A stretch of DNA of 35,525 bases from Spirogloea muscicola. Its lineage: Eukaryota. This document shows, one piece after another, positions 16,300-27,390 of this stretch. Numbering within the stretch: the stretch's first letter is position 1; the number at the start of each line of letters is the position of its first letter. The translations under genes were made by a program, and so were the position numbers. The stretch is from positions 829,305 through 864,829 of the forward strand of contig WELB01000020.1 in the NCBI GenBank assembly GCA_009602725.1, written 5' to 3'. The notes beneath the pieces were generated by a model. The model ran no database searches. It had not been told where the DNA came from and worked only from the letters and a program-made list of their open reading frames with translations.

Positions 16300-17245
16300 C
16301 TGCTGCCTCTGCTCGCGCACACCGCTGACCTGCGCGTCCAAGCGCGCTTCGCGGCTGTGGTCGACAAGGCCGCCTACACCACCGCCGTGCTGCAGCTCCC
16401 CGAGGCCGACTTGCGCGGGCGCGCGAGACTTCAATCGGCCTCCTCCCCACGGGCAGCGGCGTGGCTTCAGGCCCTCCCCATCAATGACGCCCTCACTCTC
16501 CCCGATGAGGTATTTCGCACTGCCGTCCACCAGCTCCTGGGACTGCCGCCTCCATGTCTCCAGGGCGTGCGTCAGTGTGTATGCGGCGAGCGAGGGGCCG
16601 AGTCTAGGGAGCTGGCCGCTCATGTGCTGCGCTGCGTCCACGGCGGCGAGCGGACAGCGGCCCACAACCGCCTCCGCGACGCGACGCAGGGCCTCCTGGT
16701 GGAGGCTGGCTTCTCGGTGGCAGCAGAGAACTCCGGCGTCATGCCGCTCCAGCAAAGGGCCGACGGTCGCCACGCCCGTCGCGTAGACCTGGTGGCCACC
16801 CCGAAGGCCGGTGGGCCCCGTCTTCTCCTGGACGTGGTGACCACCGACGCATACAACCGCTCACAACCAGCCCAATGTGCCACCAAGGCTGGGTATGCGG
16901 TCGCCTGCGCCGCTCGGGCTAAAGAGCTCAAGTACGCCGACCATTCGCGGGAGGACGAGTTCTACCCGTTGGCAATTGACACCCATGGGGCGCTGGGCGT
17001 CGGTGGCTCGAGCTGCTCGCCCGGCTTGCCTGCCACACCATCGCCCGTCGCTTCCATGGGGAGCCGGTGGACTTTCCTGCAGCCGGGTCGCTGGCGCAAG
17101 TGTATTGTATGCGCCTGGCCGTCTCGCTGCAGAGGTCTAGGGTGCCGGCAGAGCCCTCGCTGCTGCCTCTGGCTCTGGCCAGGGGACCCAATTCCAGGAG
17201 CCTAGCATCTCTGATCTGCGGCTGCTTAGCAGGGGTTACTGAGTG
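16300..17245 (+). mobile_element. 5'-truncated CRE-like family A copy (zinc knuckle and RLE), frameshifted
   Basis: LAHTADLRVQARF...RARLQSASSPRAAAWLQALP...CVCG...HVLRC..GGER..AHNRLRD...RRVDLV...LLDVVT...AKELKY...PLAIDTHGALG. Relative to the 26060-26735 copy it has a 1-nt loss near 17000 and a deletion near 17140. Ends ...SDLRLLSRGY*. Confidence 0.9.
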
Positions 17246-17767
17246 ATTAGAAGAAAGTGCTTGCTCATTGAGGATAGGGGCTGGAAAGCCAGCCCAGAAA
17301 TGAATGAACAAAGTACGAGAAGGGGGCCAGGGGAAGCGCTAAGAAAAACAAGCACACACAGAAAGAAAGCACTACTATCAGTGCTTTGTTTCTGTGTGTG
17401 CTTGTTTTTCTTAGCGCTTCCCCTGGCCCAGTGCTTTGTTTCTGTGTGTGCTTGTTTATTTTAGCGCTTCCCCTGGCCCCTTCTCGTACTACTATCAGTG
17501 CTTTGTTTCTCTGTGTGCTTGTTTTTCTTGGCGCTTCCCCTGGCCCCCTTCTCGTACTTTGTTCATTCATTTTTGGGCTGGCTTTCCAGCCCTATCCTCA
17601 GTGGGCGAGCACTTCTAATCTCTCAGTAACCCCTGCTAAGCAGCCGCAGATCAGAGATGCTAGGCTCCTGGAAGTGGGTCCCCTGGCCAGAGCCAGAGGC
17701 AGCAGCGAGGGCTCTGCCGGCTTGAAGGTGCAGCGCGCAGGCCGTAGACCTCTGCAGCGCGACGGCC
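17116..17767. repeat. Long inverted repeat built from family A 3' ends
   Basis: Left arm ~17116-17375 and right arm ~17498-17767 are near reverse complements and both contain the chimeric junction GATTAGAAG. The spacer consists of further UTR fragments. Confidence 0.85.
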
Positions 17768-17769
17768 GA

Positions 17770-18250
17770 TCTGTAGCTGCTTTATTTCTTTGTGTGCTTG
17801 TTTTTCTTAGCGCTTCCCCTGGCCCCCTTCTCGTACTCTGTTCATTCTGTTTGGGCTGGCTCTTCCAACCCCTATCCTCAATGAGAGAGCATTTTCTTCT
17901 GGCTTTGGCCAGGGGACCCACTTCCAGGATACTAGCATCTCTGACCTGCGGCTGCTTAGCAGGGGTTACTGAGTGATCCGTAGCTGCTTTGTTTCTTTGT
18001 GTGCTTGTTTTTCTTAGCGCTTCCCCTGGCCCCCTTCTCTTAGGCTGTTCATTCTTTTTTGGGCTGGCTTTTCCAGCCCCTATCCTCAATGGGCGAGCAC
18101 TTTCTTCTACTGGAAGAGTCTTTCAACTGACAGAGAAAGACGCTTCCAAGAGAGATTTTGGGCTGGCTTCTCACAGCCCTTGCCCCCCATTGGGAGAGCC
18201 ACTTCTTCCATGAGAGGGCGGTGGCTGGGAGTGGCCACCCCAGAAAAAGC
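17770..18250 (+). mobile_element. Stacked family A 3' UTRs, a coding tail and variant terminal motifs
   Basis: UTR 17770-17898; coding tail plus UTR 17899-18108; variant termini at 18157-18209 (+) and ~18209-18247 (-). Confidence 0.8.
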
Positions 18251-18254
18251 CCAA

Positions 18255-21010
18255 CAAAAGAAGAAAGTGCTCGCCCATTGAGAAGAGGGGCTGGCAAAGC
18301 CAACCCAAAAAGAATGGACAATGTTCAAAGCCAAAGAAAGAGGTGCTGAAAAAGGACTACACTACAAAGTGCAAGATGGTGCAGAGGGAGATGCAGATGG
18401 CTGCTCAGTATCCACGTGTGAGCAACAGCAGATCAGAGTAACTCGGAGCAGGAGAAGCGGCACTTTGCCGAGACCCGGAAGCAGCAGCCATAGCACGGCC
18501 AGCCCGCGCGTGGACCGCATGAGCCAAAGAGCGCTGCAGCAGAACCGCCAGCCTCATCCGAAAGACCTGCGAGAGGGAGCCGGCAGCATTGAAGCCTGGC
18601 GAACCCTGCCGCCGCTCGATGGCCTCCCGGGCAAGCCGCTGGAGGAGATCCAACCAGCCACTGCCAAATGCCCCGTGTACGTCAATGGCCAGTGCCGCGA
18701 AGGCATCGCCTGGAGGGTGGTCAGAGTACTTGCGCTCCTTACTCCGAGCCGCCAGAGCGACCGCGTGCCCGACGAGCGTCGCGGACCTCGCGGGGTTGGC
18801 CGAATCAACGCAATCGGCAGTTACCACATCAGCGATGATGCGCGGACCTCCTCCGGGCGGGATGGCAACGAGGTCCGCGCGGCGGGTGTGAAGCTGTCCA
18901 TCGGCGCCCCGCAGGATGGGCATTATCGTGGAGTTCTCCACTGCCACCTTGTAGCCGGCCTCCAGGAACACACCCTGCATGGCGTCTCGCAGGAGGTCGT
19001 GCGAACCTGTCCGCTCGCCCCCGTGTGCACAGCGGAGCATGTGGGCCGCCAACGCCGCAGGGTCATCGTGGCGGGCACCGCACTCGCACTGTTGGACCCC
19101 GATGAGGCAGGGAGGGAGGAGGCCGAGGAGCCGGTGGGCCGCCGTCCTGAATACCGCGTCTGGAATAGTCAGCGCCGCGTAGATGGGGAGTGCTGCTAGC
19201 CACGCCGCCGCCCCAGGGGAGGAGGCGGAGAGGAGCCGGGCGCGCCCTCGGGTGTCGTGCGGCGGAAGGAGCTCCACCAACTGGTCGTAGGCCGCTTTGT
19301 CCACCAGCGCAGTGTAGCGGGCCTGGGCCCGCAGGTCGGGGGTGTGCGCAAGGTGGATGAACGGGACGACCTGCTTCGACATGTCGGGGTGGGCCGCCAG
19401 GAGCGCGTCGCGGGCAGCGCGGAGAGCAGCCTGGAAAGGCAACGAGCCGCTCTCCACTTCAGCTACCACCCGCTCCATGGTGCGGATGCCGTGCGCTTGG
19501 AACCGCCGGCTGATGGGTGCGGCGACCTGGGCCCAGCTGCCCAGGTAGGCGGCCTCGCAAACGCGGGCGACTGGGCGGCAGCCCAGACCGCCACGACTGA
19601 CAGGCAGGCTGGCCTGGAGCATCGCGGCTGGTGTGGTGAGGAAGCCGGGGTGTTGCAGGAGAGAGGCCGCGCTCGCCAGAACGCCGGAGTCAAAAGCCGC
19701 GTACGCCGCCTTCACCGCCGGGGAGGGAGGGAGGACGCGGGCCAGGTAGTGCGGACGGTGGGCAATGCACCTGGTCAGCATGGCGGTCGCCAGCTGCATG
19801 TCTTGCAGCATGTGGAGGCGGTCCGCCGGCCGGAGGTGCTCCTGCAGTCGAGCCTGGAGCTGCTCCACCACAAAGGCTGGGGAGCCTATGGGGGCGCCGA
19901 GGAGGATGAAGCCCCCAGCTGGTGTCTGACAGCCCGAGGGCAGGCGCAGGAGGGCTGGCAGGCCCTGGGGAGACCAAGCGCTGCACTTGGCTGCGCGGAT
20001 GCCCAAGCCGATCGCGCCCAGCTGCACTTTGAAGGTGTCAAAGGCTGCCACGACGTCCTCTGGCGGCCCCACCAGCGTTGTATCGTCGGCGTACGTGGGG
20101 GCGTGGACGCCCGGGTGAGCCGCGACCGTGGCCAGCAGTGCACGGTTGTGAGCCAGTGCGTAGTAGAGGCCAGCCAGCGGATCTCCTTGGCGTGCGCCCG
20201 TGGAGGAAAGGAGGACTTCCACCGCCCCATGCCCTGTCCGCCACAGCAGGTCGCTTGGCTGACCATATCCCAGCCTGAAGAAGGGGAGGAGGCTGGGGAA
20301 GGCCGCCCTCAGCTCCTCAGCGATGACATCCCGGTCTGCGCTGTTAAACGCATTCTGGACATCTACTGCCAAGGCCATCCACCCGGGGTTCAAGTCCAAG
20401 GCGGCCCTTACGCCATGCACGACCACCTCGCCGCCGCTCCGCAGCCCCGCACCGAATTGGTGGGGCGCCAGGTGTTCCTGGGCCAGCCCCGCGTGCTGTT
20501 GCCATAGCGCGCGCCCCACCAGGCGGTAGAGCACTTCGCCAACGGCAATGGGCCTGACCCCCCCATTGGCCTTGCTGAGGGCCAGCAGCGTGCTGGTGCA
20601 GATGACGTCGCGGATGCTGGCCGGGACCTGGTCGCGAGCAAGGAGCTGGCACACCTGGTGAAGCGACTGAAAGTCACTTGATTCTCCCTCCAGGAAGAGT
20701 TCGCGGAGATGCTCGGTGAGCATGTGTGACGGACCTCCAGCGGCTGCGCGGCGGCTGCTCTGCAAAGCCTGTCGAAGAGCGTCGGCGTCGAGGGCCACCT
20801 CCTCCGGCGGGGCGAAGGTGGCCAGCCACGGAGGCAGGGGGGAGCGGGCCTCAGGGTGCAGGGACTCCAGGGCCGCCCGTGTTGCTGCGTTGGTTGGCGC
20901 CAGCACCGAGTCGTCCAGGGCCTGGACCGCCCTGGACAACTCGCCCGCATGACCGAAGCGCAATGCCCGGCGGACGTTGGCGGCCCTGTCGGCCTGAGGA
21001 TACTTGGAAG
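18255..21010 (-). mobile_element. CRE-clade non-LTR retrotransposon (family D), apparently 5'-truncated, with intact RT-RLE frame
   Basis: Contains ORF 20963-18405 followed by a ~150-nt pyrimidine-rich 3' UTR ending in the shared terminal motif (...GGGTTGGCTTTGCCAGCCCCTCTTCTCAATGGGCGAGCACTTTCTTCT). No LTRs and no clear target-site duplication found. Confidence 0.9.
18405..20963 (-). CDS. Reverse transcriptase - zinc knuckle - restriction-like endonuclease polyprotein (CRE-like)
   Basis: RT motifs: AAGGPS, LLALSK..GGVRPIAVGE, HQFGAG, AVDVQNAFNS, GARQGDPL, TYADD, LLGAPIG, RGGLG. Knuckle: CECG...HMLRC. RLE: SHDLLRD, E, RRADLV, IADVVT, SKERKY, LAIDVHG. The listed start is a TTG, and the frame is open further upstream without an ATG. 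Confidence 0.92.
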   Translation of the reverse strand: MRFGHAGELSRAVQALDDSVLAPTNAATRAALESLHPEARSPLPPWLATFAPPEEVALDADALRQALQSSRRAAAGGPSHMLTEHLRELFLEGESSDFQSLHQVCQLLARDQVPASIRDVICTSTLLALSKANGGVRPIAVGEVLYRLVGRALWQQHAGLAQEHLAPHQFGAGLRSGGEVVVHGVRAALDLNPGWMALAVDVQNAFNSADRDVIAEELRAAFPSLLPFFRLGYGQPSDLLWRTGHGAVEVLLSSTGARQGDPLAGLYYALAHNRALLATVAAHPGVHAPTYADDTTLVGPPEDVVAAFDTFKVQLGAIGLGIRAAKCSAWSPQGLPALLRLPSGCQTPAGGFILLGAPIGSPAFVVEQLQARLQEHLRPADRLHMLQDMQLATAMLTRCIAHRPHYLARVLPPSPAVKAAYAAFDSGVLASAASLLQHPGFLTTPAAMLQASLPVSRGGLGCRPVARVCEAAYLGSWAQVAAPISRRFQAHGIRTMERVVAEVESGSLPFQAALRAARDALLAAHPDMSKQVVPFIHLAHTPDLRAQARYTALVDKAAYDQLVELLPPHDTRGRARLLSASSPGAAAWLAALPIYAALTIPDAVFRTAAHRLLGLLPPCLIGVQQCECGARHDDPAALAAHMLRCAHGGERTGSHDLLRDAMQGVFLEAGYKVAVENSTIMPILRGADGQLHTRRADLVAIPPGGGPRIIADVVTADCVDSANPARSATLVGHAVALAARSKERKYSDHPPGDAFAALAIDVHGAFGSGWLDLLQRLAREAIERRQGSPGFNAAGSLSQVFRMRLAVLLQRSLAHAVHARAGRAMAAASGSRQSAASPAPSYSDLLLLTRGY

Positions 21011-21495
21011 AGCGAGCCCCATTTCTTAATACACACGCATGTATCCTTGAAGCTCCCCGAAAGCCGTCCCGCTGCAGGGCACCACGCCTCTCATCAACGC
21101 CAACCCCTTGACCCTGCTACACAACGGGGAGCCCACCCCAAGCAGTCCGCTTGGCAAGTCTGACCCCTCTTGCCCAGAGCCGCACCTGCGCCAGCGCCCG
21201 CGTCGCCAAGAGGGCGTCAAGCCTTGGGCCAGTGGGTGCAGCAGCTAGTGAGCCTTCCCAGACCAGTATGCTATGCGGCAAGTCATGGACACCCATGGTG
21301 AGCAGCTTCGCATCCTGTGCTGGTCATTTGAGCTATTACACGATGCCAACCAGTCTCTATAGCGGCTGTCGCTATGATCTTTTCAACTGACTACGTGAAG
21401 TCGCATCATGCTCAAACAGGGGCATTGCACCCGTCACTGGTAGACGCCATTGTCTGACTGCTGCGTTGGGTCAACAAAGCGATTGACGGGGGAAT

Positions 21496-22000
21496 CCATC
21501 GGGCTTGTCCTTTGAAACCCTGGGCGAGTAAGTTGCACTCTATCTTCAGAGGACATACTTGGCTTGCGGTATGAGTAGGCAGTGGTCTGTCTTTGGGAGG
21601 ACTAGTCTGGCTCGGATTACCAATTACATTCCTTTCTTGGAGAATCTGTTGACCCAAGAAAGCAGATTTCGTCGCTTGCTAGCCTCGATCACTTACTACT
21701 CAAGGCTCGTTCACTTGCCAAGCTGATATCGTTTGACCTTAGTTACTGGAAACCAGATCGCATTTGCTTACAGCCTCTGTCACTTGCTAGTCAAGTGTCT
21801 TCGCTATCTGTCACATGGACTCTATCAGATTGAGTGTTGACTAGCAAGTGACAGAAAGTGGCAAGCACAAGGATCTAGCTTCCAATCATCAGGTAAAGAG
21901 ATTCCATCCAAGAAGATTGTAACTGGCAACCCGAGCGAAGAAGTCTACCCAAGAGAGAATGCTATCTACTCGCCCAAGGTTTCACAGGGCAGTCCAGAGG
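21496..22000. repeat. Long imperfect foldback (inverted repeat)
   Basis: Perfect 19-bp core 21776-21794 / 21837-21855. Outer matched blocks ~21610-21648 / 21897-21936 and 21513-21530 / 21967-21984 (17 of 18 matching). Confidence 0.85.
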
Positions 22001-23442
22001 TCAAAGCCAACATCTTAGATGTACGTTGCCAAGCATGATGCAGGTACACCTTCAAAGTCGACTACTCACATGATGGTGGTACTGTTGCCAAATTTCCTTC
22101 TGTTGCAAGCTGTATCCTGCTGAAGCATCTAAAAAATTCCTTGCAGCAGAGTGGTGGACCAGATGACGACTGCTCTCCAGCTCTTGGATGACCCGCTCCA
22201 GAAGGTGATGGAGGCAGGCTACAATGAGCTGTCTCTGCAGGCGCACCTCCATATCGAAGCTCAGGTTGGCTGCGCTCGGGAAGAGCAGAAGGCCACTGAG
22301 CTTGCAGCTGCACGGAAGGTCTGGGTGGCCACCATGAAAGCCGGCCAAGATCTGCTACCCTGAGGGAGGCCGGCCAAGAACAGCATGGATTTGTTGAGTA
22401 ACAGTTGAATGACAGAAGGCCTGAGCTGCCAAATGCTAGCGCCAAGTAGGCCTCCTGCTGCCATCCTGACTCACTTTGTCGATGCAAGTCAGCGTACAGA
22501 TGTCACTAAGTCGATGTCAAACTACTGGACAGCAGGTTCTTGGACCCCACCTACTGATTTACAGCTACTTCTGCTGCAGCAAAGTAAGCACTCCTATAAG
22601 CATTGTTTGCGCCTTGCATCAGAACGTCAGCAGCAGCCTCAGGGTACTGACGGGCGCTTTGATCTCTCTCCCCCTGATTCAAGCTGTCCAACTTGCTCAT
22701 GCTGATAATGACCTAGTAAGTCAACTGCGCAGCTGCTAGAACAGTTGAGTGTAATTGCTAAGTGACAACTATCCCGCCCTCTTGTCCGTTCTTTACTGGC
22801 GGTTCTCACTACGCTGTTGTAGAGGAACCCAGTTGCTCTCAGCCCTCGGTCCCTCAGTGAGCTTACTTACTTTGTTGAGCTTACTGAGTTCAGCTCGCTC
22901 TCTCTCTTTACTGATCTTCCATGCACAGAGCACACGTAAAGCACTTACGGAAGAGCCTCTTCTGTCTTTTGATTATGTCCATGGGCTAACCTCTCACAGC
23001 CTCGCACAGCCATCGCCTTACTTTGGAAGTGCTGTTGACATTTGGGAGCCTAAGATTGATCTGGGAGCCCAGCTTGATGAGGGTTTGCGTAAGGACTAGA
23101 TCCGGGAAAAGGGCGTATGCGTTGAGGAACAGTCAAGCGGCGGAGGAACGGAGGACCTGAGAGACTAGAGCAGTGCAGCGTCCTCGTCTACTGGTGATCG
23201 AGTCTTCTCCCAGCGGCGCGTCGCAGCTCGGGCCGCCGCCGCCGCTGTCGCCGGCGCCGCCGCCGCCGCCGCCGCGAGCGTCCGCAGGGGGCCCATGCAT
23301 CCTCCGACTACTCGAGAACGGCAGCGTCCATGCGGCAGGCGCGCTTGTGTGGTCGCAAGGCGCTGACTGTGCCGGGCATACCCCGACAGCAGTCCCCAGC
23401 CGGCGAGGCCGAGCGAGGAGGCGTGTGAGCCGCGGTGGAGCT

Positions 23443-23475
<33 letters not shown>
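23443..23475. repeat. (GCC)n/(GGC)n microsatellite in a gene 5' region
   Basis: Run of CCG just upstream of the ATG at 23503. Similar runs occur at ~7785-7825, ~15580-15630 and ~30362-30390, each at a gene 5' end. Confidence 0.85.
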
Positions 23476-23476
<1 letters not shown>

Positions 23477-23502
23477 GTTCGGTCGAGCCGTCGCCTCGGC
23501 TC

Positions 23503-24844
23503 ATGACGGACGGCGCGCCGGAGCAGGCGTACCGCCTGACCATTACCGGGGCCACGCTCGCGTCGCTGCTCGAGGACCTCGTGGCCAGTCCGGGCGACTG
23601 CGACGGCGTCCTCTTCGGCTCGATCTCCCGGAGGAGTGTGAGCCAGCTGGAGGTAAGGATCACGCAATGGACGAGCTCGCACAGCTCGCCTGAGCTCAAG
23701 CTGGTCGCCGGCACTTATATCCTCTCGAGGCGCTTGAGCTGCCACTGCCGCTCTGATGCCACTTACCAACGAGCGCGTTAACGGTACCACGGCATCGTGC
23801 AGGACGATGAGGGCCTCCCGGGCTCAAGGGAGGACAACTCGGCGCACATCACGGGGTATTGCTCCGCCGGCCGCCTGCTGAGCTTCTACGATGCCGCCGG
23901 GGTGGTCGACGCGGCGAAGCTGGCGCAGCTGACCAGCCACCGGAGCTTCCCCGGAGAGGCACCGCTGGGCTGGTTCGTCAGCCGCCGGAACACAGCGCTC
24001 AGGCCGTCCATGAGGGAGGCCGCCGTCACGGCCCACCTGCGGCTCCTAGCGACCATAGGCACAAATCCCTGCTTCCTGTGTCTCTTTTCGGCGTCGGTGG
24101 GGTCCACGCTGGCCACGCATACGTACGACTACCGAGCATTCCAGCACCACATGCGACCTGGAGGAGGAGTGTCGCTGGAGCCAAGGGCCATACAGATTGT
24201 CAACATCGGTCCCGGCTTCAGAGGCGACTACGAGTCCTTCACCCCTACTGCACCCTTCCCCTGGCTTCCGCTGCTCCGGTCAGCTGCGGCAGAACCCTTG
24301 GAGCCTGCTGCTACTGGAACGAACTCAGTAGAGGCTGGTAGCAGTCAGTCTGACCTGGATCGTTGGGCAGAAGGGTTTGCCACCGAAAGACTAGCAGCCT
24401 TGGCGGGAGCAAGTGACCAAGTCAAGGAGCTAGAGGCCTTGTACAACTCAATGTTGGCCCGGTTGCAAGGCCTTGCAGAATTGGTTGGCGAGAGCTCAGC
24501 AGCCGTAGCCAGCCAGGTCCGACTTCTTCACTCTTCCCTCAGCAGCTGTCGCTCATCCAAAATCGCCCAACAGAAGCAGTCCTAAATTGTAGCAATGCAC
24601 GTGTCACCTCCATTGCTGGCACAAGTGGCGATTGCTACTGATGCTTGAGTCAAGGTCGTCTCAAGCAAGATCTTACTCAACAGTACTAATTGAATAAAGC
24701 TCTGCTTGTATTGTATCTATCAAACAATCAGATAGTTTTGCTTACAAGGATGATTGTTATGGTCTATTGAAATTTAAGAGTCGCCTGTCTTTCCAGGAAG
24801 ACGGAAACATGCAGCTGCGTTCTGCTGTGACTTGGAAGGTGTGA
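23503..24844 (+). CDS. FAM175: Abraxas/Abro1 (FAM175)-like BRISC/BRCA1-A complex subunit, plant type
   Basis: Exons 23503-23652, 23803-24516, 24797-24844. ITGATLASLL...GDCDGVLFG, LSFYDAAG, LGWFVSRRNTALRPSMRE, THTYDYRAF, IVNIGPGFRGDY and a C-terminal coiled coil (LEALYNSMLARLQGLA) match the catalytically inactive MPN fold of Abraxas-like proteins. Confidence 0.8.
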
Positions 24845-25759
24845 AGTGTAGTTCACCATAGGCAAGTAGAGGCAAACAGTCGACACCCCTAGCTGGGCTT
24901 ACTGTGGCCGACCCAGTTTTAGGCAGCCATGGCAAGCAGGCAAGCCGATGCTCATCCTGCTGTTGAGCATGCTGTGGTCTTATACACATCTTGGAGCTCG
25001 TCCAATTAGTGCTGCACTGCCTAGCTTGTCGGATTTCATGCATAGCGGTCCATCTTATTATTCTTTGTTGTTGATGATTGTGAGTGATACCTCGATATTT
25101 TTGATCGAGTTTCTGGGAAGCTAATCACAGCTGGAAAAGGTGTTACTGCAGCGCCTGCATCTTTACTGCTTGACCTATGAGCCAAAGCGCCACAGCTTTA
25201 AACATAAGTCGTAGCAGATTGCAATATGGGTTTGTGACACTCCTCCTGACGTCGACGGGCAGCAAGTCGTGAAGTGCGCGAAGGCTTGGAGCCATAGCGT
25301 ATCAGGTCGTCTCTTGCACGAACATAAGCTTCAGGTGGAGGGCGTGGAGGGCGTGCCCAGCAAAACTGGTGCAAAGGTCATAAGGTGCGACATTGACATG
25401 GTCAGCATCGGGAATCGGAGCATTGGCCCTGTACACATGCTTTGAGGCTTTTAAGGCAGTTGGCTGGTTGAGAATCAGCAGCTCATAACTGTGAGGAGCA
25501 TGAAAGTGCAGGTGCAGGCACCAGAGTACACATAGCAAGGGCCATCCTCAAGGCTGGCCTATAAATCTTTAGATACATGACTTCTTGCATTTGCTCGAAC
25601 ATTTACAATGAGCTCTCCTTTGCAAACTGGACTTACATCCCAAGACTTCTTCTGTTCGTTTGATGTTTCTATCACATAAGCTCTTTTTGTGAACTGGACT
25701 TTCAACTCTGGACCTCTGCAAGTGGAAGGGACGTGAGAGAAGTTATGTACCAGCCGATT

Positions 25760-27390
25760 GCCGTGCATTTAAAGGCGGGCCGCACCTTGGCAGCTGCCTC
25801 TGGTCTTCAGCGTGGCAACTCCATTCCGGCTGCTTAGTGACACCCGCACGACTAGAGGTCGTTGAGCCCCTTAATCAGCTGCATGATTGCACACTTCGGC
25901 CCCTTCGGACCTTACCACGAAATACACGGAATTTCCCCTTCGGACCTTATCAATTCCTTCTGGGTTGGCCTTTCCTTAACAGCATCTCCTTCTGTACGAG
26001 TTTCTTCTGTTCTGTTGCCTATTGCGTGCATCCGCTTGACTTGGCCTCCCTTTCAAACGCAAGCGCGGGACCGAGCCTGGAGAGCTGGCTGCTCATGTTC
26101 TGCGCTGTTCCCACGGCGGAGAGCGGACAGCGGCCCACGACCGCCTCCGCGACGTAATGCATGGCATCCTGTTGGAGGCTGGTTTCTCCGTGGCAGCAGA
26201 GCACTCCGGAATCATGCCAATCCAGCACAGGGCCGACAGTCTCCACGCCAGGCGTGTAGACCTGGTGGCCACCTGACAGGCCGGCGGGCCACGTCTTCTC
26301 CTGGACGTGGTGACTACTGATGCCTATGACCGCTCACACCCAGCTAACTGTGCCACCACGGCTGGGTATGCGGTCGCCTGCGCTGCTCGGGCCAAAGAGC
26401 TGAAGTACGCGGATCATCCGCGGGAAGACGAGTTCTTCCCGTTGGCCATCGACACACATGGGGCGCTGGGCGCTCGGTGGCTCGAGCTGCTCACCCAGCT
26501 CGCCCGCCACACCATCGCCCGGCGCTTCCATGGGGAGCCGGTTGACTTCCCTGCAGCCGGGTCGCTGGCGCAAGTGTATCGAATGCGCCTGGCCGTCTCG
26601 CTGCAGAGGTCCATGGCCCGGGCGCTGCACCTTCGTGCCGGCAGAGCCCTCGCTGCTGCCTCTGGCTCTGGCCAGGGGACCCACTTCCAGGAGCCCAGCA
26701 TCTCTGATCTGCGGCTGCTTAGCAGGGGTTACTGAGTGTCTCGTAGCAGCTTTGTTTCTGTTACTTAGCGCTTCCCCTGGCCCCCTTCTCGTACTCTGTT
26801 CATTCTTTTTCGGGCTGGTTGTTCCAGCCCCTATTCTCAATGGGCGAGCACTTTCTTCTGTCACTTCATGGACACCGTGCGCCTTCTCTGTATTCATTCC
26901 TTCTTGGGCCGGCCTCTCACAGCTATTCCCTTTCGCGGAAAATGCTATCAATTTTCGTCTTTGGTAGTGCTGTTTTCTGGCAAAGCCCGGACGCTGCCGC
27001 GAGCATGCAGCCGGTCCACTAGTGCGAAGGCGTGTCCAGAGCTCTTCTACTGCATAAGCAGGACCTGGCTGAACTTAATGCCGTGGAAGCTTCTCTCAGC
27101 CCCTGTGCCCCTCGGAAGAGCGCTCCTCGCTTTCATTAAGCAAAAAGGCCCAATTGCATGTGCGAGAACTAAGGTAAAATTGCAGCGCCGGACCTCGCTG
27201 GCTGAAAGCCCACACCTGTGCTTTCCGTGGAACCCCACGTTTTTGGACCTGCGGACCTTGTCCAACCTTGTTTTTGGGCTGGCTAAATTCACAATGCTGG
27301 CTAGTTCACAGCCATTTGGCTCCGTCATGAACACCTGTATGCATCTGGCTGGCAGTTTACAGCCGAATTTTTAATATCAGCAGCCGCTTC
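25760..27390 (+). mobile_element. CRE-like cluster: decayed family A copy (26060-26860) with flanking fragments of other families
   Basis: 25760-25865 encodes a decayed tail AVHLKAGRTLAAASG...TRG. 26060-26735 parallels 16587-17242, with a premature TGA at 26274-26276, and ends ...SDLRLLSRGY*; UTR runs to 26860. Further terminal-motif variants at 25940-25978, 26890-26925 and 27250-27315. Confidence 0.85.

Noticed and set aside
19257..20507. 416-aa and other long + strand ORFs opposite the RT gene
   Set aside because: Antisense shadows of GC-rich coding sequence with no motifs.
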